Source: an uncultured Actinomycetota bacterium (GTDB lineage Bacteria; Actinomycetota; Actinomycetes; JAFAQI01). Taken from it: a DNA stretch of 64,000 nt. Positions 1 through 9,244 of this stretch are shown piece by piece. Position 1 is the first letter of the stretch. Each line of letters begins with the position of its first letter. Location of the stretch: assembly GCA_963814845.1 (NCBI GenBank), contig CAWFEP010000003.1:223485-287484 (forward strand). The letters are read 5' to 3'. The notes beneath the pieces were generated by a model. That model worked only from the letters and a program-made list of their open reading frames with translations, was not told the origin of the DNA and did not search any database. The position numbers were made by a program, and so were the translations under genes.

Positions 1-942
1 GAGCTTGAAGTACAGCGTCTCGGCGAGGAAGTTGAAGAAGATGACCGACAGCGCGATGAAGAGGAAACCGCCCTGCATCATCGGGTAGTCACGGGTCACG
101 ACCGAGTTGTAGAGCGCAGATCCGATCCCTGGCCAGGTGAAGACGATCTCCACGAGGATCGCGCCGGCGACGATGTAGCCGAAGGACAGCGCGACGAGTG
201 TGACAACCGGAAGCAACGCGTTGCGAAGCGCATGCCGGCGCAGGATCGTGCCCGGCGCAAGTCCCTTCGCCCTGGCGGTGAGGATGAAGTCCTCGCCCAA
301 GACCTCGAGCATCGCCGAGCGGATGATGAGGGTGCTGCTGCCGTAGATGGTCAGCACCAGCGTCGTTCCCGGCAGGATCATGTGCTTGGCGATATCGAGG
401 ATGTGTTGCCAGAACGGCGGCGTCGTGAAGACGAACGGGCTGCTCATCCCCGCCGATGGGAGATAGCGACCGAGCAGCACCAGCAGCACGAGGCCAATCC
501 ACTGCGTCGGCAGCGCATAGAGGACGACCGCGGTGCCGGTGCTGAGGTGATCAAGGGTCGAGCCGCGCCGTCGTGCCGACAAGATGCCAGTCCACAACCC
601 GAGGAGCAGCGCGATCACGGTCGAGATGCCCACCAACGGGATCGTGTTGCGCAAAGCGATCACCAGGTTGTGGAGCACCGGCTGTTGGTTGGTGAATGAG
701 ATGCCCATGTTTCCGTGGGCGAGCTGTTTCAGATACAGCAAGTACTGCTCGGGCTTGGAGTGATCGAGGCCGAACTGCGCCTTCAACGACCGCTGCAGGG
801 CGAGCGAGGAGTTAGGAACGTGGGCCCAGTTGGAGACGGCGTTGCCGGGAAGCACACGAAACAGGAAGAAGTTGATCGTCACCGCGACGAAGGCAGTCGC
901 CAAGGCGAAGAAGGCCCGTTTCAGGATCCCGTATCTCGCCAC
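1..942 (-). CDS. ABC transporter permease, DppB/OppB family (C-terminus runs off window start)
   Basis: Minus-strand translation from GTG at 940-942 gives VARYGILKRAFFALATAFVAVTINFFLFRVLPGN...EIVFTWPGIGSALY, a typical DppB/OppB N-terminus and permease signature. It is absent from the ORF track because there is no stop inside the window. Confidence 0.8.
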   Translation of the reverse strand, partial: MARYGILKRAFFALATAFVAVTINFFLFRVLPGNAVSNWAHVPNSSLALQRSLKAQFGLDHSKPEQYLLYLKQLAHGNMGISFTNQQPVLHNLVIALRNTIPLVGISTVIALLLGLWTGILSARRRGSTLDHLSTGTAVVLYALPTQWIGLVLLVLLGRYLPSAGMSSPFVFTTPPFWQHILDIAKHMILPGTTLVLTIYGSSTLIIRSAMLEVLGEDFILTARAKGLAPGTILRRHALRNALLPVVTLVALSFGYIVAGAILVEIVFTWPGIGSALYNSVVTRDYPMMQGGFLFIALSVIFFNFLAETLYFKL

Positions 943-1051
943 GCATGCCCTCTCGTGCCCTAGCGCCGTTCCCCGCAGGCACTGTCAACCGCTGCAGTGT
1001 TGACAGTCTGCCAGATTACCGTCGAAAAGAAAGCCTGTATTTTTCCCCCGC

Positions 1052-2039
1052 TCAGGCCAGGACGCATGCCGCCTCGTGATCGGACGTTTTCGAGCCCGCC
1101 GGCCGTCGTAACTGCGGATCGACGTCCTTGCATCGCTCCTCCGCGATCGGACACCGCTGCGCAAACCGGCAGCCGTCCGGCAAGTTGGCCGCGTTGGGCG
1201 TCTCGCCCTTGAGCAACGTCGCGGTGCGAGATTGGCGCGGGTCACCCTTCGGGATGACCGAGACCAGCGCCTTTGTGTACGGGTGTTGCGGGTTCTCCAC
1301 GACTTCCCAGGCGGGGCCGCACTCGACGATCCGGCCGAGATACATCACTGCGATCCGGTCGGCGAAGTGTGCCGCGGTCGACAGGTCGTGGGTGATCATG
1401 AGGATCCCCATCTGCCCGTCACGGCGTAACGCGTCAAGCAGCGAGAGGATGCCGGCGCGCACCGAGACGTCGAGCATGGACACCGGCTCGTCGGCGAGAA
1501 GCAGCTCGGGCTCCAACACCAGACTCGTCGCGATCGCGACGCGCTGCCGTTGGCCACCTGAGAGCTCGTGGGGGTAGCGGTCCATATAGAGGTCGGCCGG
1601 TGAGAGCCCGACCCGCTCCAGAGCCTGGCGTACCTGTTCGCGGCGCCCCCGACGAGGGCCCGCCAGCCCGTGGATCAGCAACGGCTCCTCGACCAGTTGA
1701 CGCACCAGGAACCGAGGGTCAAGGGATTCGTACGGGTCCTGAAAGATCATCTGCAACCGCTTGCGCATCGACCGCATGCGCTCCGAGGACAACTTCGTGA
1801 TGTCGACGCCGTCGAAGGTGATCGAGCCACCGGTCGGCTCGATCATGCGGAGCAGGGATTGGACGGTCGTGGTCTTGCCGCAGCCGGACTCCCCCACCAG
1901 CGCGAGCATCTCGCCGCGGGCCAGATCGAAGGAGATGCCGTCCAGCCGCGTGCACTGAGCGCTTCGGGCGCCGGGCAAGGCGATCGCCGATGCCCTGTCG
2001 CACTGGGTAGTAAGTGGAAAGGTCCTGCACCGAGAGCAA
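1052..2039 (-). CDS. ABC transporter ATP-binding protein (DppF/OppF-like); one apparent 1-nt frameshift near 1930-1950
   Basis: Walker [10 protein letters not shown], signature LSGGQRQRV, Walker B LLLADEP, and a C-terminal oligopeptide-ABC extension. The N-terminus [13 protein letters not shown] is in another frame than the body. Confidence 0.8.
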
Positions 2040-2090
2040 CGGGGAGTGCGCCCGCGACGACGCCGCGTCGGCGTGCGTGCTCGACGATGC

Positions 2091-3065
2091 TCACGATGCA
2101 CTTCCCGCGGTGACGTTGTCGTTCAGATGGCACGCCGCGACGCGGCCGGAGCCGACGCACTTGCAGCTCGGGCGCCTCGACTGCGCATCGATCGAAGGCC
2201 CGATCGCAGCGAGGACGAAACGCGCAGCCGGTGATCTCGCGGTCAAGCCGCGGCGGTGCGCCCGGGATCGACATCACCCGCTCGTGCCGGCTCAGGTCCG
2301 GCGTCGCGCCGAACAACATCCGGGTGTAGGGATGGCGCGGGTCGTGATAGAGCGAGTCAAGGGTGCCCATCTCGACGAACCGGCCGGCGTACATCACCGC
2401 CGCCCGGTCACAGACCTCAGCGACCACCGGAAGGTCGTGCGTCACCAGCACGAGCGCAAGGCCCAAGTCATCGGTCAGCTTGGTCAGCAGCTCGAGGATC
2501 TGCCCTGGACCATCACGTCGAGAGCGGTCGTGGGCTCGTCCGCGAGCAGCACGCGCGGGTTGCAGGCCAGCGCCATCGCGATGGCCGCGCGCTGGCGCAT
2601 GCCCCCGGAAAACTCATGCGGATAGCGTTTCGCCGCCTCGCCCGGGATGCCGACCAGATTGAGCAGGTGCTCGGCTTTGTGCCATGCCTCCTGACCGCTC
2701 ATGATCCCGTGCAGGACCATCGGCTCGACGATCTGCCAGCCCACCGTCTTGACCGGGTTCAGTGCGTTCATCGCGCCCTGGAAGACCATCGCGATGTCTC
2801 GCCAGCGGTAGGGCCGCACCGACTCCTCGCCGCCGGCAAGAATGTCGACTCCGTCGAGAACCACATTGCCGGCAGCCGACGCGGACGGGGGCAGCAGTCC
2901 CATCAGCGCGAGCAACGCGGTCGTCTTGCCGCAGCCCGACTCACCAACCAGCCCAAAGCGCTCACCCGGCTCGAGCTCGAAGCTCACTCCCTGGACGGCG
3001 CGAAGCTCCCGACCGGCGCGCACGTCGAACCAGACGTTGAGGTCACGGACCTCGATGAGACTCAT
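2091..3065 (-). CDS. ABC transporter ATP-binding protein (DppD/OppD-like); frameshifts near 2505 and 2130
   Basis: N-terminus [13 protein letters not shown], Walker [10 protein letters not shown], signature FSGGMRQR, Walker [12 protein letters not shown], then [14 protein letters not shown]...[11 protein letters not shown]. The corrected C-terminus [11 protein letters not shown] ends at TGA 2091-2093. Confidence 0.75.
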
Positions 3066-3158
3066 GATCTCGGGGCACGCCGGGATGCATCGTTCAACGC
3101 CTCATCCACTCTGCCGGTGTCTGGAATAGACGAGAAAGTACTGTTCAGATGACGAACT

Positions 3159-3171
3159 GTCAACAGTTGAC
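3159..3171. promoter_or_regulatory. 13-bp palindrome GTCAACAGTTGAC between the amidohydrolase and dppD-like gene (putative operator)
   Basis: Perfect inverted repeat read directly. It shares the TGTCAAC half-site with the repeats in the locus-B promoter (28955-29053). Confidence 0.4.
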
Positions 3172-3201
3172 CATCGGCCTGACCGCGGCTCGACCGCGCT
3201 A

Positions 3202-4621
3202 CTAAACCAGGCTCGAACCTTGGTGCACGACCACGCCGTCAAGCACCGTCAGCACCACTCGAGCGTCGGCAATCGTCGCGTCCGCCTCGCCGCCCGACCT
3301 CCGGTCGAGCACGATCAGATCGGCGAGCTTGCCGATACTGAGGTCCCCGGTCTCATCGAGATGGTTGGTGTAGGCCGAGCCCGAGGTGTAGGCCGTCAGT
3401 GCCGCGTCGAGGGACATCCGTTCGGTCGGGATGAAGGCGTCGCCGGCGTCGCCGGGGAGCTCACGGTTGACTGCGACGTGGATCCCGTCCTGTGGGTTCG
3501 CGGTGCTGACCGGCCAGTCGCTGCCGCCGGCGAGGTGCGCGCCCGAACGGCGAAGGCTCTCAAACGGATACCACCACTGCGCCCTGGGCTCGCCGAGATA
3601 GATGCATTCGCGGATCATGTCCGGGCTCGCGACCTCCCAGTACGGCTGGATGTTGGCGCTGACCCCTAACGCCGCGAACCGCGGAATATCGTGCGGATAC
3701 ACCAAGCAGGCATGGGCGATCTGGTGCCGCAGATCAGACCACCCGTTGGCCCGCCTGGCTGCCTCGACCGCGTCCAGCGCATGACGCACAGCAGCTTCAC
3801 CGATTGCATGAAAGTGGACTTGGAAGCCGAGCGCATCCAACTTGGTCACGGCACTGACAAGGCGCTCTGGCTCAATGAAATCCATGCCGCAGTTGCACGT
3901 CGGAGCGCCGGTTGCATCGAACGTACGGATCCAACACCGACGCCGAGAAGTTGCCGGTCGTGCCGTCAACCATCATCTTGATCGACGTCGCCTTGAGCCG
4001 GCCGATCTGAGACGCCGCTCGACTCGCCTCGAAGCCTTCGATCTGCTCCTCGCCGGCGAGCCGCTCCCACCACAACGCCGCGGTGACCCGCGCGCTGAGC
4101 TCACCCGCCCGGCCAGCCGCTGATAGGCCGCCCATCGCTGGGATCTGGCGTTTCGCGATCGATGCCGGCCGCAGCCAGCGCGGCGCTGTTGACCCAGCCG
4201 TCGTGCCCACCGGCACTCATCAAGAACACCGGCCGGACAGAGACAACCTCGTCCAGGAATGCCTTGTCGATCGAACCGTCGATCGCGGCGACCTCCCAGC
4301 CGGAGCCGAGGATCCAGGTCTCGGCCGGGTGCTCGGTGGAGTACGTCGCGATCACCTGGCGCACCGCGTCACGGCCGACGAGGTCATGCAGGTTGCATCG
4401 CATCATCGACAGGCCACCCCAGTTGGCGTGGATATGGGCATCCTGGAACGACGGCAGCACCGCGAGCCGTTGGCATCGATGACCCGGGTGCTGGGTCCGC
4501 GGAAGTCTCGAAGCTCGTCCGCCGTACCAATCGCGACGATGCGCCCGGACCGCACCGCGACATCGGTGTACGGCGCCCGCTGCCACAGCCGGCCGTTGGT
4601 GATGAGCAGGTCAGCCGACAC
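3202..4621 (-). CDS. Amidohydrolase-3 family metal-dependent hydrolase, paralog A; at least 3 frameshifts
   Basis: Three successive frames give MSADLLITNGRLW..., FQDAHIHANWGGLS...PVFLMSAGGHDGWVNS, ...ATSIKMMVDGTTGN, and C-terminus CNCGMDFIEPERL...HFHAIGEAAVRHALDAV...GGSDWPVS. It closely resembles the intact paralog at 24292-25920. Confidence 0.75.
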
Positions 4622-4635
4622 AACTCGCCCCTGGT

Positions 4636-5310
4636 TTAACTCGCGGAACCTTCAGCCGGCTTCGGGACCGACAGCCTCGCCGCGGAGGCATCCATGTGCA
4701 GCAGCAGAAGCTGATCCACGCCCTCGGCGTCGCCGGCGGTGATCGCGTCGAGGATCGCCTGATGCTCGGCCGCGACCTCTTCTCCGGTCTCGTAGAACGG
4801 CTCGAGCCGCTGCAGGCACAGCCGCGTCTCAGCGATCAGGGTGTGAAACATCCGGGTCAGCCGCGGGCTCCCGGCGGCATCGACCAACGTCTGGTGAAAC
4901 TCGAGGTCGTGGCTGATGAGCTCCATCCACGACCCGCCGGAGGACTCCGACATCGTGTTCGCGATGCGCTGCAGCTCCGCCAGTGTCTCGGGCGGACGCT
5001 GTTGCGTCACGATCGCCGCTGCCGCGCGCTCGACCGCGCCTCGGGCGAGATAGACATCCCTCGCGTCGTCCTGGTCAAGCTGCACGACGAAGACGCCGCG
5101 ATTGCGCTCTGCGCGCAACAAGCCTTCCTGGATCAGTCGTTGCATCGCCTCGCGGATCGGCCCGCGGCTGATCCGCAACTGGCGGGAGAGCTCAACCTCG
5201 GACAGCTGCGCATCGGGCGAGAAGTGACCCTCGAGAATCTCCGAGCGCAACTGGTCGGCAATCAGTGCGGGCGTGCTTTGCAAATGAAGCGGCTCGAGGT
5301 GACTGGGCAT
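4636..5310 (-). CDS. GntR-family transcriptional regulator (FadR/FCD subfamily)
   Basis: wHTH motif LSEVELSRQLRISRGPIREAMQRLIQEGLL plus a C-terminal FCD-like helical domain. Start chosen at MPSHLEPLHL; the track start at 5409 overlaps the upstream gene. Confidence 0.8.
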   Translation of the reverse strand: MPSHLEPLHLQSTPALIADQLRSEILEGHFSPDAQLSEVELSRQLRISRGPIREAMQRLIQEGLLRAERNRGVFVVQLDQDDARDVYLARGAVERAAAAIVTQQRPPETLAELQRIANTMSESSGGSWMELISHDLEFHQTLVDAAGSPRLTRMFHTLIAETRLCLQRLEPFYETGEEVAAEHQAILDAITAGDAEGVDQLLLLHMDASAARLSVPKPAEGSAS

Positions 5311-5405
5311 CAACGTCCCCCTGCTCGACGGAAGCTCACTCGGCCACTTGATCGAATGTGGACAACTGTACAACCACGAGTGACGCGTCCGGTCGCAAAT
5401 CAACG

Positions 5406-6776
5406 TCACGCCAGCAACTCGCCGACGATCTCCTCAAACACTGCCGTGTGAACGTCGATCTGGTCGGCGGTCGTCGCCGGTGACATCAGCGCCATGTTGT
5501 GGAACGGCGTCAGCAGCACACCCCGGTTGAGCATCGCGAGGTGAAGCAGCCCGTCGAGATCCTCATCGTCCGCAGCGGCCGCCTCGGCGCCGTTGCGTGG
5601 CGGCGAGGCGACGAACAGATATTCGGCTCGGCAGCCGAGCCGCGTGACGTGCCACGGCGCGTGATGAGCCGCGATCACCGACTCGATGCCGTCGCAAAGC
5701 CGCACCGCAAGAGCTTCCATCGTCTCGAATGCGGAGTCGGTCAGCACCTCGGACAGCGTCGCTCGCGCGGCCGCCAGCGATAGCGCGTTGCCGGCCAAGG
5801 TGCCACCGACGCCCCCGACGTCGGCCTCATGCCAGAACGTCTGCTCGACGATCGACGCCGCGACTGCATCACTCATCCCGTACGCCGCGATCGGCACACC
5901 GCCCCCGATCGTCTTGCCGATCGTCAGGAAGTCAGGCTCCAGCCCGTAGCGAGCGGTGTAGCCACCCGGCCCCGCGCAGATCGTGTGCGTCTCGTCGATG
6001 ACCAGCAGCGTGCCGGTCTCGCGGGTGATGCGGCGCAGTTCGCGGTGGTAGTCCTCGTCCGGCAACACGATGCCGATGTTGGTCAACGCCGGTTCGACCA
6101 ACACCGCCGCGACTTGGTGGTCCGACAGTGCCTGCTCGAGCGCGACAAGGTCGTTGATCTCGACCACACGTGTCGACTCCGTGACGTCGAGCGCGGGACC
6201 GACGCTGCCAACTCGAGCGATCACCGTCCCGGAAGCATCGAGGGACGCGACCGTCTCGTCGACGGAACCGTGGTAGCACCAGTTATGCACCACGATCTTG
6301 GACCTGCCGGTGATCTGGCGGGCGAGTCGCAGCACAAACCGGTTGGCGTCCGACGCGGTAAGGCAGAACTGCCAGCGCGACATACTGAACCGGCGAGCCA
6401 TCTCCTCCGCCACCCAGATCGCGTCCTCGGTGGGCAACATGAAGGTCGCGCCCTGACTCATCTGCGCCGCAATCGCGTCGACGACCGGCTGTGGGCCGTG
6501 GCCCGCCATCGCCCCGGTGTCACCGAGACACAGGTCGACGTAGGAATTGCCGTCGATGTCGGAGACCTCGGCGCCATGAGCTGAGGCAACCACGATCGGA
6601 CTCGGGCTGGCCCACCGTGTCATCCAGTTCATCGGTACGCCATAAAGCATTGAGCTTTCGGCCCGCCGGCGAAAATCGACGGACTTCGGGTGGGAGGCCA
6701 CGAAGCGCTCCCGCTCGCGGTCGAGCATTGCCTTGACCCGCACGCCATCGACGCCCGTCGTGGAGTTCGCCGCCAT
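5406..6776 (-). CDS. Class-III (ornithine/GSA-type) PLP-dependent aminotransferase
   Basis: 456-aa intact ORF with motifs DETHTICAGPGG, TIGKTIGGGVPIAAYG and GTLAGNALSLAAARATL, typical of aminotransferase class III / GSA-aminomutase-like proteins. Confidence 0.8.
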   Translation of the reverse strand: MAANSTTGVDGVRVKAMLDRERERFVASHPKSVDFRRRAESSMLYGVPMNWMTRWASPSPIVVASAHGAEVSDIDGNSYVDLCLGDTGAMAGHGPQPVVDAIAAQMSQGATFMLPTEDAIWVAEEMARRFSMSRWQFCLTASDANRFVLRLARQITGRSKIVVHNWCYHGSVDETVASLDASGTVIARVGSVGPALDVTESTRVVEINDLVALEQALSDHQVAAVLVEPALTNIGIVLPDEDYHRELRRITRETGTLLVIDETHTICAGPGGYTARYGLEPDFLTIGKTIGGGVPIAAYGMSDAVAASIVEQTFWHEADVGGVGGTLAGNALSLAAARATLSEVLTDSAFETMEALAVRLCDGIESVIAAHHAPWHVTRLGCRAEYLFVASPPRNGAEAAAADDEDLDGLLHLAMLNRGVLLTPFHNMALMSPATTADQIDVHTAVFEEIVGELLA

Positions 6777-6778
6777 GC

Positions 6779-7441
6779 CTATTCGCCTTCCTGCGATGTC
6801 GTCAGATGTGCTGCGCTTTCGGCCATGTGGGCATGCACCAGCTCAGTAATCAGCGCCGGATCATCGCCGCGAATCGCCTCGACAATGGCGCGGTGCTCCT
6901 CGATCAGCGAGGCACGATCGTCGTAGTAAGCCTCGAGGGAGGACAAGCACAGGCGGGTCTGGGCGTAGAGCGGCTCGAACGCCCGGTTCAGCCGCTCGCT
7001 GCCGGCGCCGCTGACCAAGCACCGATGAAACTCCAGGTCGAGGACGACCACCTCGGGCCAATCACGGTCGATCGCTTCCTCGAGCCTCGCCAGGATCGCG
7101 TCGAGTGCGCGCAAGGCAGGTTCGTCGCGGCGTTCGTTGATCCGCAGTGCGGCCGCCTGCTCGACCACTTCGCGTGCGAAGTAGACGTCGCGAATGCTCT
7201 CGTCATCGAGCGCGACGACAAACACGCCCCGATTGCGTTCCCGACGGAGCAGGCCCTCGTGGATCAGCCAGGTGAAGGCATCGCGGATCGGGCCTCGGCT
7301 GACGTTGAGCTCATGGGCGAGCTCGACCTCGTTGAGCTGGGAGTCAGGCGGAAACTTGCGCGCGAAGATCCCGGCCCTGATCCGGGCCGCGACGACTGCC
7401 GGCGTGCTCTCGACCTGAATCGGCGCGAGTTGGCTCGGCAT
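6779..7441 (-). CDS. GntR-family transcriptional regulator (FCD), paralog of 4636-5310
   Basis: LNEVELAHELNVSRGPIRDAFTWLIHEGLLRRERNRGVFVV is highly similar to the other GntR here. Confidence 0.8.
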   Translation of the reverse strand: MPSQLAPIQVESTPAVVAARIRAGIFARKFPPDSQLNEVELAHELNVSRGPIRDAFTWLIHEGLLRRERNRGVFVVALDDESIRDVYFAREVVEQAAALRINERRDEPALRALDAILARLEEAIDRDWPEVVVLDLEFHRCLVSGAGSERLNRAFEPLYAQTRLCLSSLEAYYDDRASLIEEHRAIVEAIRGDDPALITELVHAHMAESAAHLTTSQEGE

Positions 7442-7468
7442 ACTGCAGATTGTCGCACAACACTGCAA

Positions 7469-8650
7469 TCAGACAATCAGACTCATCGGCATGTCGGACT
7501 GAGCCGGGCGTGGTTCGACCTCTCGCATCCGCCAGATCAGCGGCAGTGAGCAAATCAAGAGTCCCGAGATCGCCGCGGCGCCCACGAATGGCACCCACGG
7601 CCCGATCCCGAACAGCACGCCACTGGCCGCCGCGGAAGCAGCCATGGCAGCAGTTTGGGTCGCGTTCGACAGACCTTGGGCCCGGCCGAGCGCCGTCGCG
7701 GGCACGCTTTGGGCCAGCAACGACTGCGCCGCCGGGTAGGCGACCGCTACCCCGATCGACTCCACCGCACCCAGCCCGATCAACAACGGCAGGTAGTGCA
7801 GGTACGGATAGAGCGCCGCGAAGAAGACCGAGGACGCGAGCGCAGCGACCGTGAGCTTCGCCCGGTTGAAGCGATCCGCCATGCGCCCGGCCAGCGGGGA
7901 GAACGCTGCGAACGGCGCGGCGAACAGCGTCCACGACAACCCGACCTGCCAGGCGTGTGCGCCGCGCAGGTCGAGCAACAACGTCCAGCACGTCTCGTAC
8001 ACACCAGTGATCAGCCCGCCGATCAGCCCGGTGATCACGACTCCGAGCAGGAGCCGGTTGACGACGAGCCGGGTCCGCACGGCGTCGCGGGTGCTCGCCA
8101 CTCGAGGCAAGCTCGAGAGCACCCAAATGCTCGCGATTGTCGACGTCGCGGCCGTCACGACAAAGAGCACACCCATGCCGGAGATCCCCGCAATGCTGCC
8201 GGCGAGTGGACCGATCGCGGCGCCACCAAGCTGGCCAGCAAACAGCATCGAAAAGGCTCGGCCGCGACGATCGGCAGGCACTGCGGCACCGACGAGCGCG
8301 AACGACGCCACCTGCACTGCGCCGGCGCCAGCTCCCTGCGCGCCGCGCAACAGGATGTAGCCACCCGCCCCCGGGTGGAGCAGAAAGCCAAGGCTGCCCA
8401 GCGCATAACAGAGCAACCCACCGACCAGGATCGGGCGATGGCCGATGCGATCGCCGAGATGCCCCAACGGATATTGCACGACCAGCCCGGCGACGAAGTA
8501 CGCCGACATGACCAGGCCGACAACTCCGGTCGAGCTGCCGTGGTGGCGCAGGTAGGCAGGCAACAGCGGCAGGATCGCGCTGGCACCCAACCACTCGATG
8601 AACGCCGTCCCGGCCAGTACAAAGATGAAGCGGCGCGCAGTGCCAGTCAT
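7469..8650 (-). CDS. MFS transporter
   Basis: 393 aa with about 12 predicted TM helices and the MFS motif GHLGDRIGHRP. The overlapping 474-aa Arg-rich ORF in another frame is an artefact. Confidence 0.8.
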   Translation of the reverse strand: MTGTARRFIFVLAGTAFIEWLGASAILPLLPAYLRHHGSSTGVVGLVMSAYFVAGLVVQYPLGHLGDRIGHRPILVGGLLCYALGSLGFLLHPGAGGYILLRGAQGAGAGAVQVASFALVGAAVPADRRGRAFSMLFAGQLGGAAIGPLAGSIAGISGMGVLFVVTAATSTIASIWVLSSLPRVASTRDAVRTRLVVNRLLLGVVITGLIGGLITGVYETCWTLLLDLRGAHAWQVGLSWTLFAAPFAAFSPLAGRMADRFNRAKLTVAALASSVFFAALYPYLHYLPLLIGLGAVESIGVAVAYPAAQSLLAQSVPATALGRAQGLSNATQTAAMAASAAASGVLFGIGPWVPFVGAAAISGLLICSLPLIWRMREVEPRPAQSDMPMSLIV

Positions 8651-9204
8651 CGCCCGAGGTCCTCAAGAAACGCGGCGACCTGACCCCGAAGCGGCTCGGC
8701 CAGCGGGGCAAATCCGAACAGCTCGACGAGCCACATCCCGTCGGCGGCCAGCCGAGCGACGGTGGCACGCACCGGGTCGACGCCGTCGGACGTCAGCCGG
8801 TCTTGCCAACGGTCGAAAGAGCGGCGCAGCGGCTCGAGCAGTTGCGGCTCGCATGCCATGGCCGCGAGCACTGCGGCCCCCGCGCGCTCGCGCCTGACAT
8901 CTTCCGGCGTGCGGGACGGACGAACCGTGGCTCGGACATAGGAGCGGACATAGCGGCCGGACGCGGCCGCGTCGGTCGTCGCATCGGCTGCGCTCTCGTC
9001 CATGAGCTCGCTGTCGAAGGCTGCGACCAGTCGCTCGACCATCGCAGAAACGAGGGCGTCGCGGGTGCCGAAGTGGTAGAGCACGCCGCCCTTGCTCAGC
9101 CCGGCCTCCGCCGCCGCGGCATCGAGGGTCAGCCGAGACACGCCGTCCCGGATCACGATGCTTTCGCAGGCATCGAGGATCCGGTCTCGGGAGTTAATGG
9201 CCAC
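8647..9204 (-). CDS. TetR-family transcriptional regulator
   Basis: N-terminal HTH LTLDAAAAEAGLSKGGVLYHFGTRDALV. It overlaps the MFS gene by 4 nt, consistent with an operon. Confidence 0.85.
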   Translation of the reverse strand: MAINSRDRILDACESIVIRDGVSRLTLDAAAAEAGLSKGGVLYHFGTRDALVSAMVERLVAAFDSELMDESAADATTDAAASGRYVRSYVRATVRPSRTPEDVRRERAGAAVLAAMACEPQLLEPLRRSFDRWQDRLTSDGVDPVRATVARLAADGMWLVELFGFAPLAEPLRGQVAAFLEDLGR

Positions 9205-9210
9205 GCTCTA

Positions 9211-9232
9211 CTGTACCGTCCGGACGGTACAG
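9211..9232. promoter_or_regulatory. 22-bp perfect palindrome CTGTACCGTCCGGACGGTACAG upstream of tetR (putative TetR operator, or bidirectional terminator)
   Basis: Read directly. It lies between the tetR start (9204) and the stop of the upstream PAS-GGDEF-EAL gene (9245). Confidence 0.5.
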
Positions 9233-9244
9233 TGCGCGAGCGAT

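Noticed and set aside
1052-4621. Interpreting the frameshifted dppDF, amidohydrolase A and hybrid-kinase genes as a decaying pseudogene cluster
   Set aside because: The same kind of single-base breaks occur in obg, proB, proA, nadD, rplU and rsfS, which cannot all be inactive. Systematic indel error is the simpler explanation.
7344-8768. Long Arg/Pro-rich ORFs in the track (for example 7344-8768, 52733-53512, 51494-52348, 56152-57069, 58220-59248) overlapping real genes
   Set aside because: Composition is typical of out-of-frame or antisense reading of high-GC coding DNA. Each overlaps a gene with clear domain signatures in another frame.
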